NCBI GenBank assembly: GCA_016780625.1
Contig: JADHLN010000003.1
Coordinates: 1-52,957, forward strand
DNA: 52,957 nucleotides
Direction of reading: 5' to 3'
Origin: Rickettsiales bacterium
GTDB taxonomy: Bacteria; Pseudomonadota; Alphaproteobacteria; Rickettsiales; JABIRX01
The position numbers were made by a program, and so were the translations under genes. Positions 19,981-30,073 of this stretch are shown one piece after another. How positions within the stretch are numbered: the first letter of the stretch is position 1; the number at the start of each line of letters is the position of its first letter. Under the pieces are notes generated by a model. That model was not told the DNA's origin and made no database searches. It saw only the letters and a list, made by a program, of their open reading frames with translations.

Positions 19981-22198
19981 CTAAAATTTCTCTTTTACCA
20001 GTTGGACCAGCTGATGATATTATACCATTTATTTCCATTTCTTCAATAATATTTGCAGCTCTATTATAACCAATTCTTAATTGACGTTGAATATAACTAG
20101 TAGAAACTTTTTTATCTCTCTTAATTATTTCAACTGCCTCACTATATAATTCATCCTTACCAGAATTATCTCCTTCACCAAATGAAGAAGAATCATCTTC
20201 ACTAACAGAGAACATATCATCAATATATTCTGGTCTTGCTTGCTTCTTTAAATGAGCCACTATAGATCTAACTTCTTCATCAGAGACAAAATTACCATGC
20301 ACTCTATTAATTTTACTTCCACCAAACATATATAACATATCACCCATGCCTAATAATTGCTCAGCACCCTGCTCTCCTAATATTGTTCTCGAATCAATTT
20401 TAGATGTTACTTGAAAACTAATCCTTGTAGGAAAATTAGCTTTAATAACACCAGTTATTACATCTACTGATGGTCTTTGTGTAGCAATAATAATATGAAT
20501 ACCAGCAGCTCTAGCCATTTGAGCTAATCTTTGAATATAACACTCTATCTCTTTACCAGCTACTAACATTAAATCAGCCATTTCATCTACAATAAGAACA
20601 ATATATGGCAATGGCTGCATATCAAGCTCAACTTCTTCAAAAATAGGCTTACCAGACTCTGAATCAAAACCTGTTTGCACAGTTCTTGTCAAAACCTTAT
20701 TTTTTTTAATAGCTTTTTCAATTGCTTCATTGTAACCAGTGATATTTCTAACCCCAAGAGAGGACATTAAACGATATCTATTTTCCATTTCCTGAACAGT
20801 CCAACGCATAACTTGAACTGCTTTTTTTGGATCTGTAACAACAGGTGAAAGTAAATGTGGTATATCATCATATATAGATAACTCTAACATTTTAGGATCA
20901 ATCATTATAAATTTACACTCCTTAGGTGATAATTTATATAAAATAGACAAAATCATACTATTTACAGCAACTGATTTACCTGAGCCCGTTGTTCCAGCAA
21001 CCAATAAATGGGGCATTTTAGCAAGATCAGCAATTACAGTTTCACCTGCAATATTCTTACCAAGAGCAAGTGGTAGTTTATAATTATCAGTTTGAAATGA
21101 ATCATTTTCTACCAATTCACGAAAATATACAACTTCCCTATTTTCATTTGGAAGCTCAATACCTAAAGCATTTTGCCCAGATATTACAGATATTCTAGCA
21201 GATATTGCTCGCATTGACCTAGCAACATCATCAGCAAGACCAATAACTCTAGATGATTTAATACCTGCTGCAGGCTCAAATTCATATAAAGTAACTACAG
21301 GACCAGGCTTAACATTAAGAACCTTTCCATTAATCCCAAAATCAGCTAATGTTTCTTTTAATAATTTTGCATTGGAATTTAATTCATCCTTACTTAACTG
21401 AGATTTATGTTTTTTAGGAAGATTTAATAAATTTACATCTGGCAAATCATAATTAATATTAGATTTAAATGCTGAAATAGAAACCTTATCAATTTTTGAT
21501 ATTTTTTCCTTTGGTTTACTATAACCAATATCAATATCTTTTATTCTATTTTTAAAAAAACGCTTATTAAAATTTAGTAAAACACCTGAAGAAAGCTCAG
21601 CAAGTAAAATTGCAGAATTTTTAGCCTTTTTATTAAAATAAATCACTAATGAATAAAAACAAATAAAGAATAATTTGAATGATTTACGCAACGACATATT
21701 TAATGCATAATAAAAACATAAAATAAACAAAAATAATGCTGATATTACAAATGGAATACCATTAAAATATTGCTCTAAAAATCCAACAAGAAAATATCCA
21801 GTAATACCTCCATATGATAAAAACTGCCAAGAATGAGATACATTAAAGCTAGATAAGAAGTAACACGCAAGTAATAAGGATAATAAAAAAGCTGATAATC
21901 TTAGCGGAAAATAACCCGGATTAAGTTTTCTAAAAAAATAAACACCCCATGCAAAAGAAAAAAATGGAAATAAAGCACAAGATAAACCAAAAAACTCTAA
22001 CAAAAAACCTGATATATGAGCACCTATATAACCTCCAGCATTAGATATTTTATTATCATAAACAGAATTAAATGCTGGATCTAAGGGATGATATGAAAAT
22101 AGTGAAACTATTACAAAGAAAGAAAAAGCAAAAAAAAACAAAGCAATAATCTCATAGAATCTAGAGCTCCAAAAACTTGTTGTGTTTTTATGTTTCAT
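19973..22198 (-). CDS. ftsK: DNA translocase FtsK
   Basis: N-terminal TM segments, GPVVTLYE, HLLVAGTTGSGKS, DEMADLM, ATQRPS and the gamma-domain motif IGYNRAA. Confidence 0.98.
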   Translation of the reverse strand: MKHKNTTSFWSSRFYEIIALFFFAFSFFVIVSLFSYHPLDPAFNSVYDNKISNAGGYIGAHISGFLLEFFGLSCALFPFFSFAWGVYFFRKLNPGYFPLRLSAFLLSLLLACYFLSSFNVSHSWQFLSYGGITGYFLVGFLEQYFNGIPFVISALFLFILCFYYALNMSLRKSFKLFFICFYSLVIYFNKKAKNSAILLAELSSGVLLNFNKRFFKNRIKDIDIGYSKPKEKISKIDKVSISAFKSNINYDLPDVNLLNLPKKHKSQLSKDELNSNAKLLKETLADFGINGKVLNVKPGPVVTLYEFEPAAGIKSSRVIGLADDVARSMRAISARISVISGQNALGIELPNENREVVYFRELVENDSFQTDNYKLPLALGKNIAGETVIADLAKMPHLLVAGTTGSGKSVAVNSMILSILYKLSPKECKFIMIDPKMLELSIYDDIPHLLSPVVTDPKKAVQVMRWTVQEMENRYRLMSSLGVRNITGYNEAIEKAIKKNKVLTRTVQTGFDSESGKPIFEEVELDMQPLPYIVLIVDEMADLMLVAGKEIECYIQRLAQMARAAGIHIIIATQRPSVDVITGVIKANFPTRISFQVTSKIDSRTILGEQGAEQLLGMGDMLYMFGGSKINRVHGNFVSDEEVRSIVAHLKKQARPEYIDDMFSVSEDDSSSFGEGDNSGKDELYSEAVEIIKRDKKVSTSYIQRQLRIGYNRAANIIEEMEINGIISSAGPTGKREILVE

Positions 22199-22266
22199 TT
22201 CTATAAATAATAAATTAATATTATTTTTTATTCTATACTCATCTAAATAAATAACAACAATTCAAA

Positions 22267-23619
22267 ATGTCAGACTTAAATGATGTTCAAAATTATAAAT
22301 ATCTAGAAAAAGAGCTAAAAATAGCTATTAATGAAAATGATAAAAAATTAGTCACAAATTTAATAGAAAAAATTAATATTGCTGACTTAGCAATTACTAT
22401 TAGTGAGTATAATCACGAAGAAAAACTAGCATTTGTAAATATAATTGATGATAATTTTCCAGCTGACCTATTCTTAAAACTACATAATTCAGTAAGTGAA
22501 GAATTTATTCAGCTAATAGGACCAAAAAAATCTGCAAAAATAATTCAATCATTAGAATCACCAGAAATTCTATCAATATTAGAGGAAGTAAGTGAAGTAA
22601 TAAGAAATCAAATAAGACATTTCTTCAATAAAGAAACAAAAGAAGAATTAAAAACCGGCTTCTCATATCCTGAAAATAGTGCAGGAAGATTAATGCAACG
22701 TAATTTTATTTCTGTACCAAAACACTGGAATATTTCTCAAACAATCAAATATTGTTGTAAAAATAAAGAAGTAATTAGCAATAATTTCTATGGTGTATTT
22801 GTTGTAGACCCATATTTTAAACCTATTGGAATAATTACCAGCAAAGACTTAATAATTAATGACCCCAAAACTATCGTAGAAAATATTATGAATAAGGAGG
22901 TAATATCTTTTAATTACCTTACTGAAGAGCAAGAACTTGCTATGAATTTTAAAAAATATGATCTTAGCTTTGCTCCTATTGTAAATAATGATGGTAGGAT
23001 GCTTGGCTTTACAACACAAAACACCGCAATTGAAGTAATAGAAGAAAGCGTCTCAGATGATATATTACATCTTGGTGGAATAATAGAATCAGATATTTAT
23101 ACAAAATTTATTCAAACAATTAAACAAAGATTTCCTTGGTTATTTTTAAATTTAATAACAGCAATAATAGCATCAATAGTAATCAGTATTTTTGATAAAA
23201 ACATAGAGGCTATTGTAGCTCTAGCAGTTTTAATGCCAATAATAGCCTCCATGGGTGGTAATGCAGGCACACAAACGGTTACAATTGCAGTTCGTTCTCT
23301 AGCAAGAAAAGAATTAACAGCTGCAAATAGTAGTAAAATTATTTTAAAAGAATTCTTAATAGGAATTACCAATGGAATATTTTTTTCAATAATTAGCTTT
23401 CTATTAATTACAATTACCTATGATATAAAGCTTGCAATATTATTCTCAATTGCAACAGTAATAACATTAGGAATAGCAGGATTATCTGGTGCGATTATAC
23501 CAATAATAGTTTATAGATTAAAAGGAGATCCAGCAATAAGTTCTGGTGTAATATTAACAACAATAACAGATGTAATAGCTTTCCTAAGCTTTTTAGGCCT
23601 TGCATCACTAATAATATAA
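22267..23619 (+). CDS. mgtE: Magnesium transporter MgtE
   Basis: YPENSAGRLM, a CBS pair, RFPWL, GGNAGTQ and DPA...TTITD. Confidence 0.95.
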   Translation: MSDLNDVQNYKYLEKELKIAINENDKKLVTNLIEKINIADLAITISEYNHEEKLAFVNIIDDNFPADLFLKLHNSVSEEFIQLIGPKKSAKIIQSLESPEILSILEEVSEVIRNQIRHFFNKETKEELKTGFSYPENSAGRLMQRNFISVPKHWNISQTIKYCCKNKEVISNNFYGVFVVDPYFKPIGIITSKDLIINDPKTIVENIMNKEVISFNYLTEEQELAMNFKKYDLSFAPIVNNDGRMLGFTTQNTAIEVIEESVSDDILHLGGIIESDIYTKFIQTIKQRFPWLFLNLITAIIASIVISIFDKNIEAIVALAVLMPIIASMGGNAGTQTVTIAVRSLARKELTAANSSKIILKEFLIGITNGIFFSIISFLLITITYDIKLAILFSIATVITLGIAGLSGAIIPIIVYRLKGDPAISSGVILTTITDVIAFLSFLGLASLII

Positions 23620-24119
23620 TGAATATTATAAATCTTACAAAAATATTATTATTTTATATAATATCATATTTCAGCATAGTAGTTATTTACATGCCATATG
23701 CAAATGAGAACCTTAAATATATTATACCATTAATAGAAGCATCATTTATTTTTTATTTTTATATTTATAACGACAAAAAGCCACTTCTCATTTTTTTGCT
23801 TATCATATCAATAATTATAGATGGTATTAATAATTATCAAATAGGAACTAACGCATTAATTTACTTCCTAGCCGTTAAAATTTTTCAATTTAAAAGTAAA
23901 TTATTTATATATTCCACCTTTAAAGAAACATGGTTTGTATTCATAATTTTTTTAACAGAGTTATTTTTAATAAAGCTTTTAGCCATATATTACATTAATA
24001 ATAATGTAATTAATTTCGAAATTCTATTTATCAATTTTATTGCAACAGTAATTACCTATCCGATATTTCATAATTATTATTATTACCTTAATAAACTTCA
24101 AAATAAAAAGGAAATATGA
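23619..24119 (+). CDS. mreD: Rod shape-determining protein MreD (probable)
   Basis: 166 aa with about 5 TM segments and an IIDGINNYQIG pattern; overlaps the start of PBP2. Confidence 0.65.
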   Translation: MNIINLTKILLFYIISYFSIVVIYMPYANENLKYIIPLIEASFIFYFYIYNDKKPLLIFLLIISIIIDGINNYQIGTNALIYFLAVKIFQFKSKLFIYSTFKETWFVFIIFLTELFLIKLLAIYYINNNVINFEILFINFIATVITYPIFHNYYYYLNKLQNKKEI

Positions 24120-25921
24120 TAATTGATAATTTTGATAAAAATAAAATCTTTTCTAGAAGATTATTCTTTGTTATCTGGGTAAAAACATTCTTAATTGGTA
24201 TTATAACATTAAGATTATTTTATCTGCAAATTATGAAGAATGATAAATTCAACAAATTATCTGATAAAAACAAAATACGAAGTATAATTATACCTCCATT
24301 AAGAGGTAATATTCATGATAAAAATAATAATATATTAGCCAGCAATAATACTTATTACAGAGTATTATTAAATAACAACCCTAATGTTAATATAAATAAT
24401 ACACTAGATAAACTAAGCAAAATTATAAATATAGATAAAAAGAAATTCTTATATCATAAAAATAATATTAGAAAATCACATGAAGGCTCTGTCCTAATAT
24501 ATGATGACCTTACATATTCACAAATAAGTAAAATAGAAGTCAACATACTAGAACTACCAGGTATATATATAGAAACAGGCCAAAAAAGATTTTATCCATA
24601 TAAAGAAATAACCTCAAATATAATAGGTTACGTAAGCACAGTTACAGAAAAAGAACTAGCTAAAACAAATAACAGTCTATTAAAACATCCAGATTTTAAA
24701 ATAGGTAAAAATGGCATTGAAAAAATATATGAAGATAAATTAAGAGGCAAAGCTGGCGTAACATATTTAGAAGAGGATGCACACGGCTATACTATTGGAA
24801 AATCAAATATTGAAAAAGACCAAAAAATGATAGCTGGAGAAGATGTAAAATTAACTATAGATGTTGAATTACAAAAATATGCATACAAACTTGCAGCAGA
24901 AAAAAGAGCAGCAATAAACCTAATAAACATAGAAAATGGTAATATTATCACTCAAATATCATCACCATCATTCGACCCTAATATATTTCTAAAAGAAATA
25001 AGCAAAAAAGATTGGGATGAATTAATCAACAACCCGGCTAAACCATTACAAAACAAAGCATTATCAAATAATTACCCACCTGGATCAACCTTTAAAATAA
25101 TTGTAGCTTTAGCAGCATTAGAGAATAATTTTAATCCTAATACTAAATATAATTGTAATGGCAAAATAAGACTTGGAAGAAGATGGTTCCATTGCTGGAA
25201 AAAAGAAGGACATGGAATATTAGATCTAAAAGGTGCAATTAAAGAATCATGCAACTGCTATTTTTACCAAATGAGTAGAAAAGTAGGAATAACAAACATA
25301 ACCAACGCTGCAAAAGAATTTGGCCTAGGTAGCAAAACATCAGATAAATTCTACAACGAAGAAGATGGATTACTACCAACAAAAAAATGGAAGAAGAATA
25401 AATTTAATCAACCCTGGGTTTTAGGTGACACATTCAACAGTTCAATAGGTCAAGGGTTTCTTCAAACAACACCTATTCAATTAGCAATTATGACCTCAAG
25501 ATTAATATCACAAAAAAAAATAATTCCAAATATTATTGAAGATAATAACAAAAGAATATTTGAAGATCTAAACTTTAAAAAAAAACATATAAAATATATA
25601 ATGGATGCAATGTTTGATGTAGTAAACTCTAAAAAAGGAACTGCATATTGGCAAAGATTAAAATATAAAAACTTTAAATTTGCCGGTAAAACAGGAACAT
25701 CTCAAGTTGTTGCAATAAATCACAAGGAAAAAGAAAAGAAAATTGAAGATATTGAATTAAGAAAAAGAAATCACGCCTTATTTATTGGCTTTGCGCCTTA
25801 CCATAAACCAAAATATGCAATTTCTGTTGTAGTTGAACATGGAGGATCAGGTTCAGGAGCAGCAGCACCTATTGCAAGAGAAATATTTAAAAAAATTGCC
25901 AAAGAAGAAAATTACACTTGA
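24116..25921 (+). CDS. mrdA: Penicillin-binding protein 2
   Basis: PPLRGNIHD, catalytic YPPGSTFK (SxxK), SCN (SxN), KTGT and IGQG. Confidence 0.96.
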   Translation: MIIDNFDKNKIFSRRLFFVIWVKTFLIGIITLRLFYLQIMKNDKFNKLSDKNKIRSIIIPPLRGNIHDKNNNILASNNTYYRVLLNNNPNVNINNTLDKLSKIINIDKKKFLYHKNNIRKSHEGSVLIYDDLTYSQISKIEVNILELPGIYIETGQKRFYPYKEITSNIIGYVSTVTEKELAKTNNSLLKHPDFKIGKNGIEKIYEDKLRGKAGVTYLEEDAHGYTIGKSNIEKDQKMIAGEDVKLTIDVELQKYAYKLAAEKRAAINLINIENGNIITQISSPSFDPNIFLKEISKKDWDELINNPAKPLQNKALSNNYPPGSTFKIIVALAALENNFNPNTKYNCNGKIRLGRRWFHCWKKEGHGILDLKGAIKESCNCYFYQMSRKVGITNITNAAKEFGLGSKTSDKFYNEEDGLLPTKKWKKNKFNQPWVLGDTFNSSIGQGFLQTTPIQLAIMTSRLISQKKIIPNIIEDNNKRIFEDLNFKKKHIKYIMDAMFDVVNSKKGTAYWQRLKYKNFKFAGKTGTSQVVAINHKEKEKKIEDIELRKRNHALFIGFAPYHKPKYAISVVVEHGGSGSGAAAPIAREIFKKIAKEENYT

Positions 25922-25947
25922 TTAATTTATCTTGTTAATTATATAAT
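25918..25947 (+). promoter_or_regulatory. Putative sigma70 promoter for the tRNA-Glu pair
   Basis: TTGATT-N18-TATAAT ending 17 nt before the first tRNA. Confidence 0.4.
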
Positions 25948-25964
25948 ATCTAATTCTTATATAT

Positions 25965-26039
25965 GGCCCCTTCGTCTAGTGGTTAGGACTCAAGATTTTC
26001 ATTCTTGCAACACGGGTTCGAATCCCGTAGGGGTCACCA
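25965..26039 (+). tRNA. tRNA-Glu(TTC)
   Basis: GGCCCCTTCGTCTAGTGGTTAGGACTCAAGATTTTCATTCTTGCAACACGGGTTCGAATCCCGTAGGGGTCACCA; anticodon arm CAAGA-TT-TTC-AT-TCTTG. Confidence 0.96.
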
Positions 26040-26055
26040 CACCTAAACATTATTA

Positions 26056-26130
26056 GGCTCCTTCGTCTAGTGGTTAGGACTCAAGATTCTCAGTCTTGTA
26101 ACACGGGTTCGAATCCCGTAGGAGTCACCA
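26056..26130 (+). tRNA. tRNA-Glu(CTC)
   Basis: GGCTCCTTCGTCTAGTGGTTAGGACTCAAGATTCTCAGTCTTGTAACACGGGTTCGAATCCCGTAGGAGTCACCA; anticodon arm CAAGA-TT-CTC-AG-TCTTG. Confidence 0.94.
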
Positions 26131-27477
26131 CTAATCTATATCTCCAACTGTAATAATTGATAAATCATCAAAATTAAGTAATTTTGGTAAAACATTGTTA
26201 ATTTCATCAATAGTATATGAACTAACAAGATTATTTCTGCTTCTGATAATAGATGGAGAAACACCTCTAACAAGAGAATCAATTAAATATGATGAAATTT
26301 TTTCATTACTATTAAAATATATTTCATAACTACCAGTTAGATATTTCCTAGCCTTATCAAGATCATCTTCAGTAAAACCATTTTTAACAATAGAATTAAT
26401 AAGATCTGAGAGAATCTTTAATGATTTTTTATAATTTTTTTTATCAGTACTAAACTCAATATTCCAAATTGAAAAATCATTATATATATCAAAATAAGAA
26501 TAAGCGGAATATGTTAAACCATGCTTCTCTCGAAGCTCAGTTGATAAATATGAGTTCAAACCTGAAGCACCAAAAATATAATTAATAATATAATATTTAT
26601 AAAAATTATTACTATTTTTAGAAATAGATGGCATATATGCCTTAATAACAACCTGATCCTTATCTATATTAACATGGTTTTTTTGAGGCTTATAATTACC
26701 TTCATATTTATTATATTTTTGTTTAAATTTTGGAGCTAAATCACTAATTAATTTTTTATATATATTTTTAGCATCAGATGCTGAAGCATCACCAGATATT
26801 GCAAAGTAAAAATTTTCACGGGTGAAGCGTGATTTAGCAAATTCCTGTATGTCATCAATAGTAATTGACTTCATTGACTCTTTATTACCATAAGGAATAT
26901 TTGCAAGAGATGTATCAGAGAATAATGTCTTATTCTGCTCAAGAGATGCTAAAAAACCAGCATTACCCTTATTAATTTTATATTGTTGTAATATATTCTC
27001 TTTTGCTTGCTCAATAAGCTTATTATCTGTAATTTTAGGATTAATAAAATATTGCAAAAGAGACAATAACTGCTTCTTATATTGAGAGATCGATTTCACA
27101 GATATATAAAAATTCTCAGCATCAACGTTAAAATCAACCTTAAAACCATATTGTTCTATCATATTTTGCAGATTTTCTGGTTTTGATGTTACTGCAGAAT
27201 TTCTAAATAAATATAAAAGGACGAATGATAATCCTTGCTTATCTTTCTTATCGAGAGCATAACCAGCATCTCTAAAAGCAATATCTAGAGAAATTATCTC
27301 AGAAGAATTATCATGAGAGTAATAAAACTGTTTGTTATTATCATATTCGATAATATCAAATTTTAATGTATCACTATTTTTTTGTTCTGTATTTTTTGAT
27401 ACAGAAATTTTTGAAATTGCTAAAGCCATAATTATCAATAATACCAGTAGAATACTAATTTGTAATAATAATTTCAT
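26131..27477 (-). CDS. M16B peptidase-like protein, non-catalytic subunit
   Basis: N-terminal anchor; NYIFGASGLNSYLSTELREKHGLTYS (M16 R/Y motif); no HxxEH. Confidence 0.85.
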   Translation of the reverse strand: MKLLLQISILLVLLIIMALAISKISVSKNTEQKNSDTLKFDIIEYDNNKQFYYSHDNSSEIISLDIAFRDAGYALDKKDKQGLSFVLLYLFRNSAVTSKPENLQNMIEQYGFKVDFNVDAENFYISVKSISQYKKQLLSLLQYFINPKITDNKLIEQAKENILQQYKINKGNAGFLASLEQNKTLFSDTSLANIPYGNKESMKSITIDDIQEFAKSRFTRENFYFAISGDASASDAKNIYKKLISDLAPKFKQKYNKYEGNYKPQKNHVNIDKDQVVIKAYMPSISKNSNNFYKYYIINYIFGASGLNSYLSTELREKHGLTYSAYSYFDIYNDFSIWNIEFSTDKKNYKKSLKILSDLINSIVKNGFTEDDLDKARKYLTGSYEIYFNSNEKISSYLIDSLVRGVSPSIIRSRNNLVSSYTIDEINNVLPKLLNFDDLSIITVGDID

Positions 27478-30016
27478 CCTTATTTGCAGAGATTTTAATA
27501 TTACTATTTTCCTTTATTTTATTACTAATAATAAGATTAGCAAGAGGGTTCTTAATATATTTTTGTATTGCTCTTTTTAATGGACGTGCACCAAATTTAA
27601 TATCATATCCTTTATCAGTTAAAAAATCCTTAGCTTTCTTATCAATTAATAGCTTAACTTTTTTAGCATCAAGGTTAGATTGCAATCTAGCAATTTGAAT
27701 ATCAATAATTTTTTCCATATGTTGAATATGAAGATTTTCAAATAAAATTATCTCATCAATTCTATTAATGAATTCAGGCCTTAAATATAACTTAACTTGA
27801 TCCATAACTTCATTGTAATAGGAAGAAACATCCTTAGAAGGATCTATATTTAATAATATATCAGCACCAATATTAGAAGTCATAATTACTATGGTATTTG
27901 TAAAATCAACAACACGACCATGGGCATCAGTTAACCTTCCATCATCTAATAATTGTAATAAAATATTTAAAATATCAGGATGTGCTTTTTCAATTTCATC
28001 AAATAATATTATTTGATAAGGCTTTCTTCTTACCGATTCAGTCAATGAACCAGCTTCATCATAACCTACATAACCAGGAGGAGATCCAATTAATCTAGAT
28101 ATAGCATGTTTTTCCATATATTCACTCATATCAACTCTTACCATCGCTGCTTCATCATTAAATATATATTCTGCCAAGGATTTAGTTAATTCTGTTTTCC
28201 CAACTCCAGTTGGCCCTAAAAATAGAAAACTACCTAAAGGTTGTTTATGATCCTGAAGACCAGCTTTAGATCTTCTTACAGCATCAGCAATTGATTTCAC
28301 AGCATGTTGTTGACCAACAACACGTTTTGCTAACTCTTCTTCAATATTAAGTAATTTATCCTTTTCCTTAGCAATCATTTTCTCAAGAGGGATAGATGTA
28401 TGTCTTGCAATAACAGATAAAATATCTTCATCTGTAATAGCCTCTTTTACAAATGTTTTGCCGCTATCAGCAGTAATTTTTTCAATCTCCTTTTTTAACT
28501 CCGGAATTCTACCATATGATAATTCGCCAGCAAGAGATAAGTCTCCATCCCTTTTAGCTATATCTAATTTATAATTCGCCTCCTCTAATTCTGCTTTTAG
28601 ATTTTTTGCCCTATCTAATTTTTGCTTTTCAGCACGCCATTTATTATCTAGATCTGAAAATTTCTTACTTAGTAATGTTATTTCATCATTAATTTTCTGA
28701 ATTCTAACCTTAGAGTCTGGATCATGCTCCTTCTTTAAAGATTCTGATTCAATCTTTAACTGAATGATTTTTCTATCTAACTCATCAATTTCCTCTGGCT
28801 TACTATCTATCTCCATTCTTAATTTACTTGATGCTTCATCAATTAAATCAATAGCCTTATCAGGAAAAAACCTGTCATTAATATATCGAGCAGATAAATT
28901 AACAGCAGCAATTATTGCACTATCATTAATCCTAATTCCATGATGTAATTCATATTTCTCCTTAATTCCTCGCAAAATTGTAATAGTATCTGTAATTGAA
29001 GGTTCATTAATATGTATAGCTTTAAATCTCCTAGCTAAAGCTGGATCCTTCTCAATATATTTTCTATATTCATCTAATGTTGTAGCTCCAACACAATGAA
29101 GAGTTCCTCTAGCTAAAGCAGGTTTTAATAGATTAGATGCATCCATTGCACCATCCGTTCTTCCTGCCCCAACTAAATTATGCAACTCATCAATAAATAA
29201 TATTATTTCATTATCACTATTTTCAATTTCCTTAATAATAGCTTTTAGTCGCTCTTCAAATTCACCCCTATATTTAGCGCCAGCTAATAAAGATCCTAAA
29301 TCTAACGCCATAAGCTTCTGATTTTTTAAGGTTTCCGGGACATCTCCTTCAGATATTCTTTGAGCCAGACCTTCAATAATAGCTGTTTTTCCAACACCTG
29401 CTTCACCTATTAAAACTGGGTTATTTTTAATTCTTCTGGATAAAACCTGAATAGTACGCCTGATTTCTTCATCCCTACCTATTACTGGGTCTATCTTATG
29501 TTTCTTGGCTAATTCAGTTAAATCATTCGCATATTTTTCTAAAGCATTAAAATTATCATCTGCATTAGCATTATCTGCTGTTCTACCTTTTCTTAATTCA
29601 TTAATTACCTTATCAACATTATCATATGTTAAATCGCAAGATAATAACATTTTAGAAACTGGACAATCAGCAGTTAAAATAGCCTGAAACAATCTTTCTA
29701 TTGAAATAAATTGATCAGAATTATCTTTTGCTATTTTATCAGCCTTATTAAGTATTTTAGCTAAATTATTAGATATAAATAAACCACCACCTGAAACTTT
29801 AGTTATTTTACCTAGCAAAACTTCTAATTCAGTTTTTATCTTTTCAAGATTTCCACCAGCAGAAATAATAATCTTTGCAATAAAACCTAACTCATCATCA
29901 AGCATAGACTTTAATAAATGCTCAGACTGGAATGATTGATTATCATTAGCAACAGCAACTGATTGAGCATTAGATATAATTATTTTAGTTCTTTCTGTAT
30001 ATTTATCGAAATTCAT
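27455..30016 (-). CDS. clpB: ATP-dependent chaperone ClpB
   Basis: Two AAA+ modules (GEAGVGKT, GPTGVGKT), coiled-coil middle domain and GARPLKR; 853 aa. Confidence 0.98.
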   Translation of the reverse strand: MNFDKYTERTKIIISNAQSVAVANDNQSFQSEHLLKSMLDDELGFIAKIIISAGGNLEKIKTELEVLLGKITKVSGGGLFISNNLAKILNKADKIAKDNSDQFISIERLFQAILTADCPVSKMLLSCDLTYDNVDKVINELRKGRTADNANADDNFNALEKYANDLTELAKKHKIDPVIGRDEEIRRTIQVLSRRIKNNPVLIGEAGVGKTAIIEGLAQRISEGDVPETLKNQKLMALDLGSLLAGAKYRGEFEERLKAIIKEIENSDNEIILFIDELHNLVGAGRTDGAMDASNLLKPALARGTLHCVGATTLDEYRKYIEKDPALARRFKAIHINEPSITDTITILRGIKEKYELHHGIRINDSAIIAAVNLSARYINDRFFPDKAIDLIDEASSKLRMEIDSKPEEIDELDRKIIQLKIESESLKKEHDPDSKVRIQKINDEITLLSKKFSDLDNKWRAEKQKLDRAKNLKAELEEANYKLDIAKRDGDLSLAGELSYGRIPELKKEIEKITADSGKTFVKEAITDEDILSVIARHTSIPLEKMIAKEKDKLLNIEEELAKRVVGQQHAVKSIADAVRRSKAGLQDHKQPLGSFLFLGPTGVGKTELTKSLAEYIFNDEAAMVRVDMSEYMEKHAISRLIGSPPGYVGYDEAGSLTESVRRKPYQIILFDEIEKAHPDILNILLQLLDDGRLTDAHGRVVDFTNTIVIMTSNIGADILLNIDPSKDVSSYYNEVMDQVKLYLRPEFINRIDEIILFENLHIQHMEKIIDIQIARLQSNLDAKKVKLLIDKKAKDFLTDKGYDIKFGARPLKRAIQKYIKNPLANLIISNKIKENSNIKISANKDEIIITN

Positions 30017-30073
30017 TATTTAATTATAATATATTTATCATATATTTACAAAATTTATGAATTCAAGGCATAA

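Noticed and set aside
26056-26130. Second tRNA-Glu as an att-site remnant, CRISPR repeat or TCA suppressor
   Set aside because: It is a full-length tRNA with compensatory pairing and CTC centred in a 7-nt loop; there are only two copies and no integrase or cas genes.
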